This document shows positions 30,350 through 38,602 of a DNA stretch of 38,602 bases, one piece after another (position 1 is the first letter of the stretch; every line of letters starts with the position of its first letter). This stretch comes from Oribacterium parvum (GTDB lineage: Bacteria; Bacillota; Clostridia; Lachnospirales; Lachnospiraceae). The stretch covers positions 1 to 38,602 of the forward strand of contig CALIEL010000022.1 of the NCBI GenBank assembly GCA_938022235.1, given 5' to 3'. Below the pieces are notes generated by a model. The model was not told where the DNA came from. It saw nothing but the letters and a program-made list of their open reading frames with translations, and searched no databases. The translations under genes and the position numbers were made by a program.

Positions 30350-30829
30350 ATGAATTTCGGGAAGATAAAATACAATAATGAGATTTTGTCAGGGGCTCTG
30401 TTTATGATTGCTTCTGCAATCTTATGGCTTTTAATACCGCAGCAGATTCAAAGCTTGGAAAAGGGGATGGTTACCGCCAGTACTGTACCCAGAATAGCCA
30501 TTGGCGGTCTGTTTATCTGCGCCTTATTGCTCTTTGTGCAAGGGCTCAGACTTCCGAAAAAAACCATTGTTTTAGAGAAAAATATGGTTTCTTCCCCGAA
30601 ATTCAAGAAAGAATTTAAGTCTGTGATTTTTGCTTTGATTTTACTGGCTTATGGTCTGCTGTTTAACGTTATCGGATATATCGTGGATACTGCCTTACTG
30701 GTCGTTGCCATACTGCTGTTTTACAGAAGCAAGAAATGGTGGTTTTATGGCATTGGGATTGCTACGGTGTTGCTGATTTATCTGGTATTTTCACAGGTGC
30801 TTAATGTGAATTTACCCACTTTGTTTTAA
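30350..30829 (+). CDS. tctB: Tripartite tricarboxylate transporter small membrane subunit
   Basis: Four to five TM segments, C-terminal LNVNLP, position between tctC and tctA. Confidence 0.82.
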   Translation: MNFGKIKYNNEILSGALFMIASAILWLLIPQQIQSLEKGMVTASTVPRIAIGGLFICALLLFVQGLRLPKKTIVLEKNMVSSPKFKKEFKSVIFALILLAYGLLFNVIGYIVDTALLVVAILLFYRSKKWWFYGIGIATVLLIYLVFSQVLNVNLPTLF

Positions 30830-30841
30830 GGAGGGGTGAAG

Positions 30842-32347
30842 ATGGAATGGCTAAGTGCAGGCTTTGGGCTTTTGTTCCAATGGCAAAATTTACTCATTAT
30901 CCCCTTGGGACTTATTTTAGGAATTGTGGTAGGTGCGATTCCGGGACTTACTTCTGATTTGGGAATTATTCTGTGTATCCCTCTAACGTATGGGATGGAT
31001 CCTACAACCGCCATTTTAATGCTGCTGGCAATTTATTGCGGAGGAACCTATGGCGGTTCTATTACAGCGATTCTGATTAATACCCCGGGAACCTCTGCAA
31101 ATGCTGCAACACTTTTTGACGGCTATCCTATGACAGAAAGAGGGCATGCGTTTAAGGCACTGAAAATGGCACTTTATGCTTCTACAATCGGAGGCCTGAT
31201 TAGTGCCTTTGTGCTACTGATTGCTGCTCCTCAGATTGCCAAGATTACATTGCTTTTCGGACCGGCAGAATATTTTGCCTTGGCTATATTCGGACTTTCT
31301 GTTATAGCCGGAGTATCCAATAAGAATATTTTAAAGGGCTTGATTGGGGCTTGTATCGGAATCTTTGTTTCCACCATTGGCATGGATAAAATCAGTGGAA
31401 CCACAAGATTTACCTTTGGCAATGTAAAATTGACTGCCGGTATTGATTTGATTATTGTTTTGATTGGACTCTTTGCTATTTCAGAAATTATGATGAAGTC
31501 ACAGTACGATCCGGAAACAGATCAAAGAATAGCGGAAAAATTTGATAAGGATGTTATCACAAAGGAAGAATACAAAAGATGTAGAAAGCCTATTGGAATT
31601 GGATCTTTAGTGGGATGTATCATCGGAGCCACCCCGGGAACCGGCGGCGGTTTGGCGGCCTTTATTGCCTATAATCAGGTAAAACAAATGTCTAAGCACC
31701 CGGAGACTTTTGGAAAAGGAGAAATTGAGGGTGTGGCAGCATCCGAATCAGCAAATAACGGTGCCTGTGGTGCAACCATGATTCCTATGCTGACCTTGGG
31801 CGTGCCGGGAGACGGAGCTACAGCCATTTTAATGGGAGCTTTTATGATTCATGGCATGGTGCCGGGACCAACACTTTTTAAAGAAAGCGGCAGTATCCTT
31901 TATGCTATTATGTTCGGTCTCATTGTAGTCAATATTTTCATGTATATTATTGGTACAGCCTTGATTCCTTTCTATGCCAATATCACAAAGTTACCCTATG
32001 AGCTTTTATCCTGTATAGTACTGAGTATGTGTATGGCAGGAGCATTTTCCACAAATAACCGCTCCTATGATGTAATGGTGATTATTGTCTTCGGAATTTT
32101 AGCCTACTTCTTAAGGAAAATGGATTTTCAACTGGTTCCGATTTTACTGGGGGTAGTTTTAGGTCCTCTGGCAGAGGTGAATTTCAGAAGAGCCCTAGTG
32201 CTTTCTGATGGAACCATGAAGATTTTTGTACAAAGACCGATTTCTCTGGCATTTCTGGTGATTGCGGTTCTTTCTGTCAGCATTTTCATGTTTCGGGAAT
32301 TTCGAGCAGGAAGGAAAGAGGAGAAAAATAATTATGAAAAAGAATAA
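30842..32347 (+). CDS. tctA: Tripartite tricarboxylate transporter large permease
   Basis: GAIPGL, GGSITAILINTPG, DGYPM, ESANN and LTLGVPG motifs; ATG 30842 is best spaced from the RBS (GTG 30836 is the alternative). Confidence 0.92.
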   Translation: MEWLSAGFGLLFQWQNLLIIPLGLILGIVVGAIPGLTSDLGIILCIPLTYGMDPTTAILMLLAIYCGGTYGGSITAILINTPGTSANAATLFDGYPMTERGHAFKALKMALYASTIGGLISAFVLLIAAPQIAKITLLFGPAEYFALAIFGLSVIAGVSNKNILKGLIGACIGIFVSTIGMDKISGTTRFTFGNVKLTAGIDLIIVLIGLFAISEIMMKSQYDPETDQRIAEKFDKDVITKEEYKRCRKPIGIGSLVGCIIGATPGTGGGLAAFIAYNQVKQMSKHPETFGKGEIEGVAASESANNGACGATMIPMLTLGVPGDGATAILMGAFMIHGMVPGPTLFKESGSILYAIMFGLIVVNIFMYIIGTALIPFYANITKLPYELLSCIVLSMCMAGAFSTNNRSYDVMVIIVFGILAYFLRKMDFQLVPILLGVVLGPLAEVNFRRALVLSDGTMKIFVQRPISLAFLVIAVLSVSIFMFREFRAGRKEEKNNYEKE

Positions 32348-33347
32348 CTTACTGATTGTATTTTCTTGCTTTTTATTATGGATGTTTGTAGGGCAACTAG
32401 CTTCTTTTGCCTCAGATAAAGATAGAGATTTAGATGGATTAGATGATCAACTAGAGGAAGATTTGGCTGTAAAATTTGCACCGAGCTATTATTTTCATCC
32501 GGAAGAAAAATATTTTTCTGATTCTGTTGATAAATATTTGCAGAATACACAACTTAGGTTTCACTATCGAGGACTACCAGATGATCAAATTTATGACCAA
32601 GGTACGATTATCCAGAAACATCTGGTAAATATTGAACATTACAATAAAGATTGGTTAGGGAACTATACTGATGAAGTTATTTCTTCGTCTCAAGCTAGAG
32701 ATGTATATAATGCTGGTGGCTATTTTTTGGAAGTCCCTGATGATTATTTTGATAAAGAGCAAGTTTATGAAGGTAATAGTGCAGGAGATAGTAGCAAGAT
32801 TTATGCACATGTGTATTTAGATAGCGAAGCTCATATTCGAATTCAATATTGGGTATTTTTCCCTTATAATGAGGCTCCATCGGTTGGTGGAGTAAAATTG
32901 AATCATGAGGGTGACTGGGAACATATTACAATTCAGTTGGACGAAGATAATCATATTAGTAATGTTTATTTTGCTTCACATAACAATGAGGGAAAAGCTT
33001 ATGTAAAAGAAGATCTATTTTTTTCCAATGGAGAAACTATGGAAAAATCCAGTTATAGCGAAAATAATGATATGACGCATGTGATTGTATATTTGGCTCG
33101 AGGAACTCATGCTAGTTTCCCTACATCCGGAACACAGTACAGAGCTTGGTATTTGCCCAATGATTATACGGGAGAGGGACAAGTTCTATACGGAAAAGAT
33201 AAGGTGCTAAATGTTGGAGAAGTTGAAGCTCCGTTAAACGAACAATATTTCGTTCAATATGCAGGTTTATGGGGAGAAATAGGGAATACAAGAATTTCAA
33301 CCGGTCCTAAATCACCCTCTTTTCAAGATAGTTGGATGACGCAGTAA
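32334..33347 (+). CDS. Secreted Vps62-related protein
   Basis: Signal peptide; DRDLDGLDD Ca-binding-like motif; FAP.YYFHPEE, IQYWVFFPYN, HEGDWEH, ARGTHAS, YAGLWG and GPKSP motifs. Confidence 0.7.
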   Translation: MKKNNLLIVFSCFLLWMFVGQLASFASDKDRDLDGLDDQLEEDLAVKFAPSYYFHPEEKYFSDSVDKYLQNTQLRFHYRGLPDDQIYDQGTIIQKHLVNIEHYNKDWLGNYTDEVISSSQARDVYNAGGYFLEVPDDYFDKEQVYEGNSAGDSSKIYAHVYLDSEAHIRIQYWVFFPYNEAPSVGGVKLNHEGDWEHITIQLDEDNHISNVYFASHNNEGKAYVKEDLFFSNGETMEKSSYSENNDMTHVIVYLARGTHASFPTSGTQYRAWYLPNDYTGEGQVLYGKDKVLNVGEVEAPLNEQYFVQYAGLWGEIGNTRISTGPKSPSFQDSWMTQ

Positions 33348-33371
33348 TCGTTTAGTAAGTATTGATTTTTT

Positions 33372-33420
33372 GGGAAGTGTTAAACCGGGGTTACTTTGTC
33401 AATGTTTAGCACTTCCCTTT
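33372..33420 (+). terminator. Hairpin / probable terminator
   Basis: GGGAAGTGTTAAAC / GTTTAGCACTTCCC stem followed by TTTT. Confidence 0.6.
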
Positions 33421-33471
33421 CTAATATTTACTATATTATAGTACTTATTTTCCAGGAAGGAGGACAATCCC

Positions 33472-34878
33472 ATGGAAGGACAATCCATCATGCAAATATT
33501 TCAGGGGAGCTCCTCTGTGTCCGGGGTGATTATCCCCATAGCTTTAATGCTATTTTCCGGCTTTGCCTTAACAAGAGTCACCAAGCGCCTGAAGCTTCCC
33601 AATGTAACCGCCTATATTTTGGCGGGAATCCTGATTGGACCCTATTGCTTGAATCTGGTGAATCCGGACATTATTGAAGGCACAAGTTTTATTGCGGATA
33701 TTGCCCTTGCCTTTATTGCCTTTGGTACTGGGGAATTTTTTACTTTTTCTACGCTAAAGCAGAATGGGCTAAAGGTTTGTATTATTACGCTTTTTGAAGC
33801 GACTCTGGCTTCCCTCTTTGTTTTTGTGCTTTGCCTTTTTATTTTGAAATTGAATTTAAGTCTGTCTTTGGTTTTGGGAGCCTTGGCTGCAACCACAGCC
33901 TCAGCTTCCACGATTATGACCATAAGGCAGTTTAATGCCAAGGGAGACTTTGTGAACACCCTTTTGCAGGTGGTGGCATTGGACAATGTCTTTGGCCTTG
34001 TGGCGTACAGCATGGCGATTTCCGTGGCGGTGGCTTTGCAATCCGGCTCCTTTAAGCTGAGCAGTATTCTTATGCCCATTGCTTTAAATCTGGCGGTACT
34101 TCTTCTGGGAGGACTTTTTGGGCTTTTTCTAAAGCTTTTGATGCCGAAACAGCGTTCTACGGACAATCGTTTGATTATCACTATTGCTGTACTGTTCAGC
34201 TTTTGCGGCATCTGTGCTCTTTTGGATGTCTCCCCTCTTCTGGGTTGTATGTCCATGGGTATGATTTACATCAATATCACGGAAGACGACAAGATTTTCA
34301 AGCAATTAAATTACTTTAATCCTCCTATTTTACTTCTGTTTTTCGTGCGCTCCGGCATGAACTTTAAGCTGGATGTACTCTTACATTCTGAGGGAATAGG
34401 GGAAAATGTTCCTTTGCTCTTGGTGGGAATCAGTTATTTCTTGGTACGCATTTTGGGAAAATACCTGGGAGCTATTCTGGGGCCAACTTTGGTGGGAGAA
34501 AAGAAGGAAGTTCGGAAATATTTAGGACTTGCCCTGGTGCCTCAGGCAGGAGTAGCCATCGGTCTTTCCGCCTTGGGGGCAAGAATCCTGGGAGGAGAGT
34601 TGGGAAGAGCCTTGGAAACGGTGATTCTTGCCTCCAGTATTCTCTACGAACTTATAGGACCGGGGTGTGCTAAACTGGGACTCTATCTTTCCCATTCCTA
34701 TGCGGTAAGTCTGGAGGATTTAACGGAATCCGTCACACTAGAACCGGAGAAGAAGAAAAATGAGGTGGAGCTTTTGATTGAGCGAATCCAGGCCATTCAG
34801 AAGGAACTTCCTTCTCATGCTAAGAGACTGGCGGAAGAGGAAGAAGCCTTTACCGAGGCGGCGGAGGAGCAGTATTAG
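33472..34878 (+). CDS. Cation:proton antiporter (Na+/H+ exchanger family)
   Basis: LPNVTAYILAGILIGP, VVALDN and PQAGVAIGL motifs; many TM helices. Confidence 0.88.
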   Translation: MEGQSIMQIFQGSSSVSGVIIPIALMLFSGFALTRVTKRLKLPNVTAYILAGILIGPYCLNLVNPDIIEGTSFIADIALAFIAFGTGEFFTFSTLKQNGLKVCIITLFEATLASLFVFVLCLFILKLNLSLSLVLGALAATTASASTIMTIRQFNAKGDFVNTLLQVVALDNVFGLVAYSMAISVAVALQSGSFKLSSILMPIALNLAVLLLGGLFGLFLKLLMPKQRSTDNRLIITIAVLFSFCGICALLDVSPLLGCMSMGMIYINITEDDKIFKQLNYFNPPILLLFFVRSGMNFKLDVLLHSEGIGENVPLLLVGISYFLVRILGKYLGAILGPTLVGEKKEVRKYLGLALVPQAGVAIGLSALGARILGGELGRALETVILASSILYELIGPGCAKLGLYLSHSYAVSLEDLTESVTLEPEKKKNEVELLIERIQAIQKELPSHAKRLAEEEEAFTEAAEEQY

Positions 34879-34945
34879 CTTGAAGCTTCTACTTAAGGGT
34901 TTATATAAGATAAAAAATAGATAGTTCATTTACGTAGGAGGAAAC

Positions 34946-35974
34946 ATGGCGAAAGACTTAACTACTTGCCAAGTGGATAGACAAAATATATTGAATAATG
35001 AATTGGCTATTACGGAGTTACAAAAACAAACCGGAATACAAGGAGTTGTTTTTGAAGAACGTCTTAGGTTTACTAAGGCCATGGTGGCTACATATTTTGA
35101 TGTTGATGAAAGAACAATAGAAAGGTATGTAAGTGATAATATTGATGAAATTTCCTCGAACGGATATGAGATTGTCAAAGGAGCCAGGCTGAAAGCATTT
35201 ATAAAATGTATTGCTGAACAGGATGTTCCCGACATTAATGTCGGGAACATCAGTAGTCGAACTTCCCAGATTGCTTTATTTGATTTTAGAGCATTTTTAA
35301 ATGTGGCAATGCTACTAGTTGAAAGTAAAAATGCAAAAGTGCTTAGACAAATTATACTTGATATTGTTATAGATCTTGTCAATCAGAGGACAGGTGGCTC
35401 AACTAAGTATATTAACAAAAGAGATCAAGATTTTATCACAGCATTTTTGCAAGAAGAGAATTACAGACGAGAGTTTACAGATGCCTTGAAAGACTACGTT
35501 GACATGGGGAATAGCAAATACGCTATATATACCGATAAAATATATCAAAGTATTTTTAAAGAAAAGGCACAAGAATATAAACGGATTCTGAATTTATCCA
35601 GGAAAGATAGTGTACGTGAGACAATGTATTCAGAAGTACTGGATTTAATTGCTTCGTATGAGTGTGGATTAGCGGCAATGATAAAGAGCCAATCAGAACA
35701 ACTTGGACATAAATTGAATAATTGGGAGATGGCAGACTTATTTAGTTCCTTTGAAAATTTGCCGTTATGGAAGCCGTTAATCATTAGGGCAAGAACAAAA
35801 ATGGCAAGTAGGGACATGGCTCTTAGAGATGCATTTCATTACCAACTGGAAGAATACATTAAGCCGTTGGATGCAGAGGAATATGAAAAGTTTTTAGGTT
35901 CATCCGGAGATGAATTAGAAAAGTTGATGAAGGAAAATCAAGACGTTCTAATAAGATTAAAGGAGCGTAGCTGA
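34946..35974 (+). CDS. Putative DNA-binding protein, candidate antitoxin of the adjacent Doc toxin
   Basis: N-terminal HTH-like VATYFDVDERTIERY; TGATG coupling to the fic/doc gene. Confidence 0.7.
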   Translation: MAKDLTTCQVDRQNILNNELAITELQKQTGIQGVVFEERLRFTKAMVATYFDVDERTIERYVSDNIDEISSNGYEIVKGARLKAFIKCIAEQDVPDINVGNISSRTSQIALFDFRAFLNVAMLLVESKNAKVLRQIILDIVIDLVNQRTGGSTKYINKRDQDFITAFLQEENYRREFTDALKDYVDMGNSKYAIYTDKIYQSIFKEKAQEYKRILNLSRKDSVRETMYSEVLDLIASYECGLAAMIKSQSEQLGHKLNNWEMADLFSSFENLPLWKPLIIRARTKMASRDMALRDAFHYQLEEYIKPLDAEEYEKFLGSSGDELEKLMKENQDVLIRLKERS

Positions 35975-36429
35975 TGGATAACATTAACTATATTTCAATA
36001 GAAGAAGCCAAATCTATCCATCGGGCGACAATAGAAAATAGTGGGGGCGGAGATTATGGAGAGCTGGATATAGGAACATTAGAGAGCGTTCTTGTCCACA
36101 TTCAGAATGACGACTATTACCCAACCTTTCTTGACAAATTGGAACATCTATTTTTTTGTGCATGTAAGTTCCATTGTTTTACGGATGGCAATAAACGTAT
36201 AGCGATTACACTTACTGCGATGTTTTTGCTGAAAAATGGATATATGGCAGTATCGAATGTGTACTTTAGAGAAATGGAAAATATTAGCTATCATGTAGCA
36301 GCGGGACATATTGATGAAGCTCTTCTTAGAAGAATTTTGGAAGCCATATTACTGGGAAGATACGATACTGATGAAGGATTAAAACTTGATATTTTCAATG
36401 CAATTTCGATTGTAGATGAGTTTTATTAG
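35974..36429 (+). CDS. doc: Fic/Doc family toxin (Doc-type)
   Basis: HCFTDGNKR motif, 151 aa. Confidence 0.85.
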   Translation: MDNINYISIEEAKSIHRATIENSGGGDYGELDIGTLESVLVHIQNDDYYPTFLDKLEHLFFCACKFHCFTDGNKRIAITLTAMFLLKNGYMAVSNVYFREMENISYHVAAGHIDEALLRRILEAILLGRYDTDEGLKLDIFNAISIVDEFY

Positions 36430-36461
36430 CATTGATTACAAAAGAACAGGAGGAAAAAGCC

Positions 36462-37187
36462 ATGTCAGAATGGATACTACAGGAAGCTTTTCAAAGTCTT
36501 AGGATAGAGCATCATATCAGCCTTTCTTCCGCCTTGCTTAGAATCTTACTTGCGGTTCTTCTCTCCTCCATCATTGGCTGTGAGCGAGCCAACAAAAGGC
36601 ATTCCGCAGGTCTTCGTACCTTTATTTTGGCCTCTTTATCCAGCTGTTTGGCCATGATTTTGGATCTGCTATATATGAACGAGGGAAATCTTCGTTTTCC
36701 TATGCTCTCCGCCTTTGCCATGATCAGTATTGCAAGCATCAGCCGAAAGGCGATTCTTTACAGCTCCCGAAATCAGGTGAAGGGATTAACCACTGCCATT
36801 GCCCTATGGTCCTGTATTCTCATCGGCCTCAGTGCAGGAGCGGGACTATACTTGATCAGTGTAGTAGCCTGCTTTATGCTTTATTGGATTCTGTCTTCTT
36901 TACCGGGCTTGGAAATGTATTTGAAAAATCGCTCTAACCACTTTGAAATTCATTTGGAGTTAAAGAGTCGGCAGTATTTGCAGGACTTTGTAACGACTAT
37001 CCGGAGGCTGGGACTTCGGATTGATGATATTGAGTTAAATACTGCCTATCACGGCTCCGGCCTTAGCGTGTATTCCGTGACCTTTACTATAGACAGCAAG
37101 GAGCTGAAGAAGTTTAAAACCCACAAGGAGATTATCGAAGCCCTGTCCACCATTGACTACATTTATCATATTGAGGAAATGCGGTAG
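36462..37187 (+). CDS. MgtC/SapB family membrane protein
   Basis: IGCER...AGLRTF and VKGLTTAIALW motifs; RBS AGGAGG before ATG 36462. Confidence 0.88.
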   Translation: MSEWILQEAFQSLRIEHHISLSSALLRILLAVLLSSIIGCERANKRHSAGLRTFILASLSSCLAMILDLLYMNEGNLRFPMLSAFAMISIASISRKAILYSSRNQVKGLTTAIALWSCILIGLSAGAGLYLISVVACFMLYWILSSLPGLEMYLKNRSNHFEIHLELKSRQYLQDFVTTIRRLGLRIDDIELNTAYHGSGLSVYSVTFTIDSKELKKFKTHKEIIEALSTIDYIYHIEEMR

Positions 37188-37310
37188 AGTGTTGTAATCA
37201 CTTCTTTATTTTACCTTTTATATAGTTGCTTTATTCCTATTTTTGCTGTTTTGCTCTTTATTCTGTTGTTTTACTCTTAGACTTTACATCTTAGAACAGA
37301 TATGATAATT

Positions 37311-37349
37311 TTTATTCGGACAAAACCGAATCGGAGGTGACCGAATAAA
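37311..37349. promoter_or_regulatory. Inverted repeats enclosing the RBS of the ATPase gene
   Basis: TTTATTCGG-ACAAAA-CCGAAT-CGGAGGTGA-CCGAATAAA, just after TATGAT at 37301. Confidence 0.5.
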
Positions 37350-38602
37350 ATGAAATTTATCGGAAGAGAGGAAGAAGTACGGAAAATCAAAGGCTTGTAT
37401 CAGTCTCCCGGCATGGAAGTGCTTCTATTATACGGAAGAAGGCGAATTGGAAAGAGCGAGCTGATGAAACATTCCATGCAGTTCTTCGAGGGGAAGAGGA
37501 TTTATTACGAGTGCAAACAGACTTCTGAAATGAACAATGTAGAAAGTCTGGCGACTTTACTTTCGGAAGAGTTTGGCTACCCGAAGATTTCCTTTTCCGG
37601 CCTGGAGGAAGTGCTGGATTTTCTTTTTAAAAAGGCAACGGAGGAGAATATTCTCTTGATTTTGGATGAATATTCTTATCTTAGTGATGTACTGAAGGGC
37701 ATGGACAGTGTTTTGCAGGCACTGATTGATAAATATCGAAACCGGAGTAAATTGAAATTAGCCTTGTGCGGTTCCTTTGTGGATACCATGCAGAAACTGA
37801 TAGAAAAAGAGAATCCCTTATTTGGCCGTTTTGATTTGGTTTTAAAGCTGAAGCCCATGGATTACTATGATTCGGCACAGTTTTATTCCCATTTTTCCGA
37901 CGAGGATAAGGTGAGGCTTTATAGTGTTTTTGGCGGAATTCCCTATTATAATCGTTTGATTCGGGAAGACAGGACGGTAAAGGAAAATATTATAGAGCTG
38001 ATCGCATCCCCCGGTGCAAGACTGGAAAATGAGGTACTCATGTACCTTAAGTCGGAAATTGCGAAAATTGTGAATGCCAATGAAGTCTTTGAGGCTATGG
38101 CAAAGGGATTTTCCCGCTTTAACGATATCCTGTCTCAGTCCCATGTTTCCAGTGGCCCCAGCTTAGTAGATGTGTTGGACAAGCTGATTCGTATGGAGCT
38201 GGTGGAGAAGGCAGCGCCCATTAATGATGAAAATAACCGAAAGAAGTCCGGATATTATATCAGTGACCCCATGTCCTTGTTTTATTATCGATATATTTTC
38301 CGTTACAGCTCCCAGCTAAACGTGATGAATTCGGATATTTTCTATCAGCGATATATTCAGGAGGACTTTGAAAATGCCTATGTGCCGAAGCGTTTTGAGA
38401 CAATAGGAAAACAATATTTGATTCGGCAGAATCGGGCAGGACTTATGGAGGAGCCCTTTGAGAAAATAGGCAGGTACTACTACGACATTCCGAAAGAAAG
38501 GCGAAACGGAGAGTTCGACATTGTCACCTACGATCCCAAGGGCTATATATTTTATGAAGTAAAGTTTCAAGATAAGCCTCTTAGCAAGGCGGAAATAGAA
38601 AA
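37350..38602 (+). CDS. Archaeal-type ATPase fused to a DUF234-like PD-(D/E)XK nuclease domain; runs off the 3' end
   Basis: MKFIGREEE, Walker A GRRRIGKS, Walker B LILDE, FGGIPYY, C-terminal EFDIV...YEVK; missing from the ORF track because there is no stop in the window. Confidence 0.88.
   Translation, partial: MKFIGREEEVRKIKGLYQSPGMEVLLLYGRRRIGKSELMKHSMQFFEGKRIYYECKQTSEMNNVESLATLLSEEFGYPKISFSGLEEVLDFLFKKATEENILLILDEYSYLSDVLKGMDSVLQALIDKYRNRSKLKLALCGSFVDTMQKLIEKENPLFGRFDLVLKLKPMDYYDSAQFYSHFSDEDKVRLYSVFGGIPYYNRLIREDRTVKENIIELIASPGARLENEVLMYLKSEIAKIVNANEVFEAMAKGFSRFNDILSQSHVSSGPSLVDVLDKLIRMELVEKAAPINDENNRKKSGYYISDPMSLFYYRYIFRYSSQLNVMNSDIFYQRYIQEDFENAYVPKRFETIGKQYLIRQNRAGLMEEPFEKIGRYYYDIPKERRNGEFDIVTYDPKGYIFYEVKFQDKPLSKAEIE

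Noticed and set aside
33642..34256. Long antisense ORFs (also 2348-2947, 19626-20174 and 34930-35382)
   Set aside because: Shadows of well-supported genes on the opposite strand, with no motifs of their own
37200..37280. T-rich quasi-periodic tract after mgtC
   Set aside because: Low complexity, with no exact unit or structure

Overview
Chromosomal segment of an anaerobic Firmicute. Gene families point to Lachnospiraceae; an Oribacterium-like organism is my inference, not a database result. The backbone carries iscS (partial), an ArsR-HMA-CadA metal-efflux operon, a LysR regulator, a uracil/xanthine permease, Maf, an NSS transporter, an FMN riboswitch with ribU, a polysaccharide deacetylase, yerC, pcrA, a GNAT, a surface protein, a cation:proton antiporter and mgtC. 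Accessory blocks sit between them: a YheO-regulated tryptophanase/TnaT locus, three tandem immunity-like paralogs, a PfkB-MBL-TctCBA-Vps62-like operon, a Doc toxin with an unusually large partner flanked by short direct repeats, a truncated Rpn gene that keeps its internal antitoxin start, and an ATPase-nuclease running off the right end. The most striking non-coding signal is a family of long structured repeats with a conserved core and co-varying stems. A member occupies each of the five convergent gene junctions, I saw none elsewhere, and one copy is nested inside another. A 37-aa membrane peptide and the terminal ATPase are absent from the ORF track. I saw no rRNA, tRNA, CRISPR array, integrase or intact transposase.
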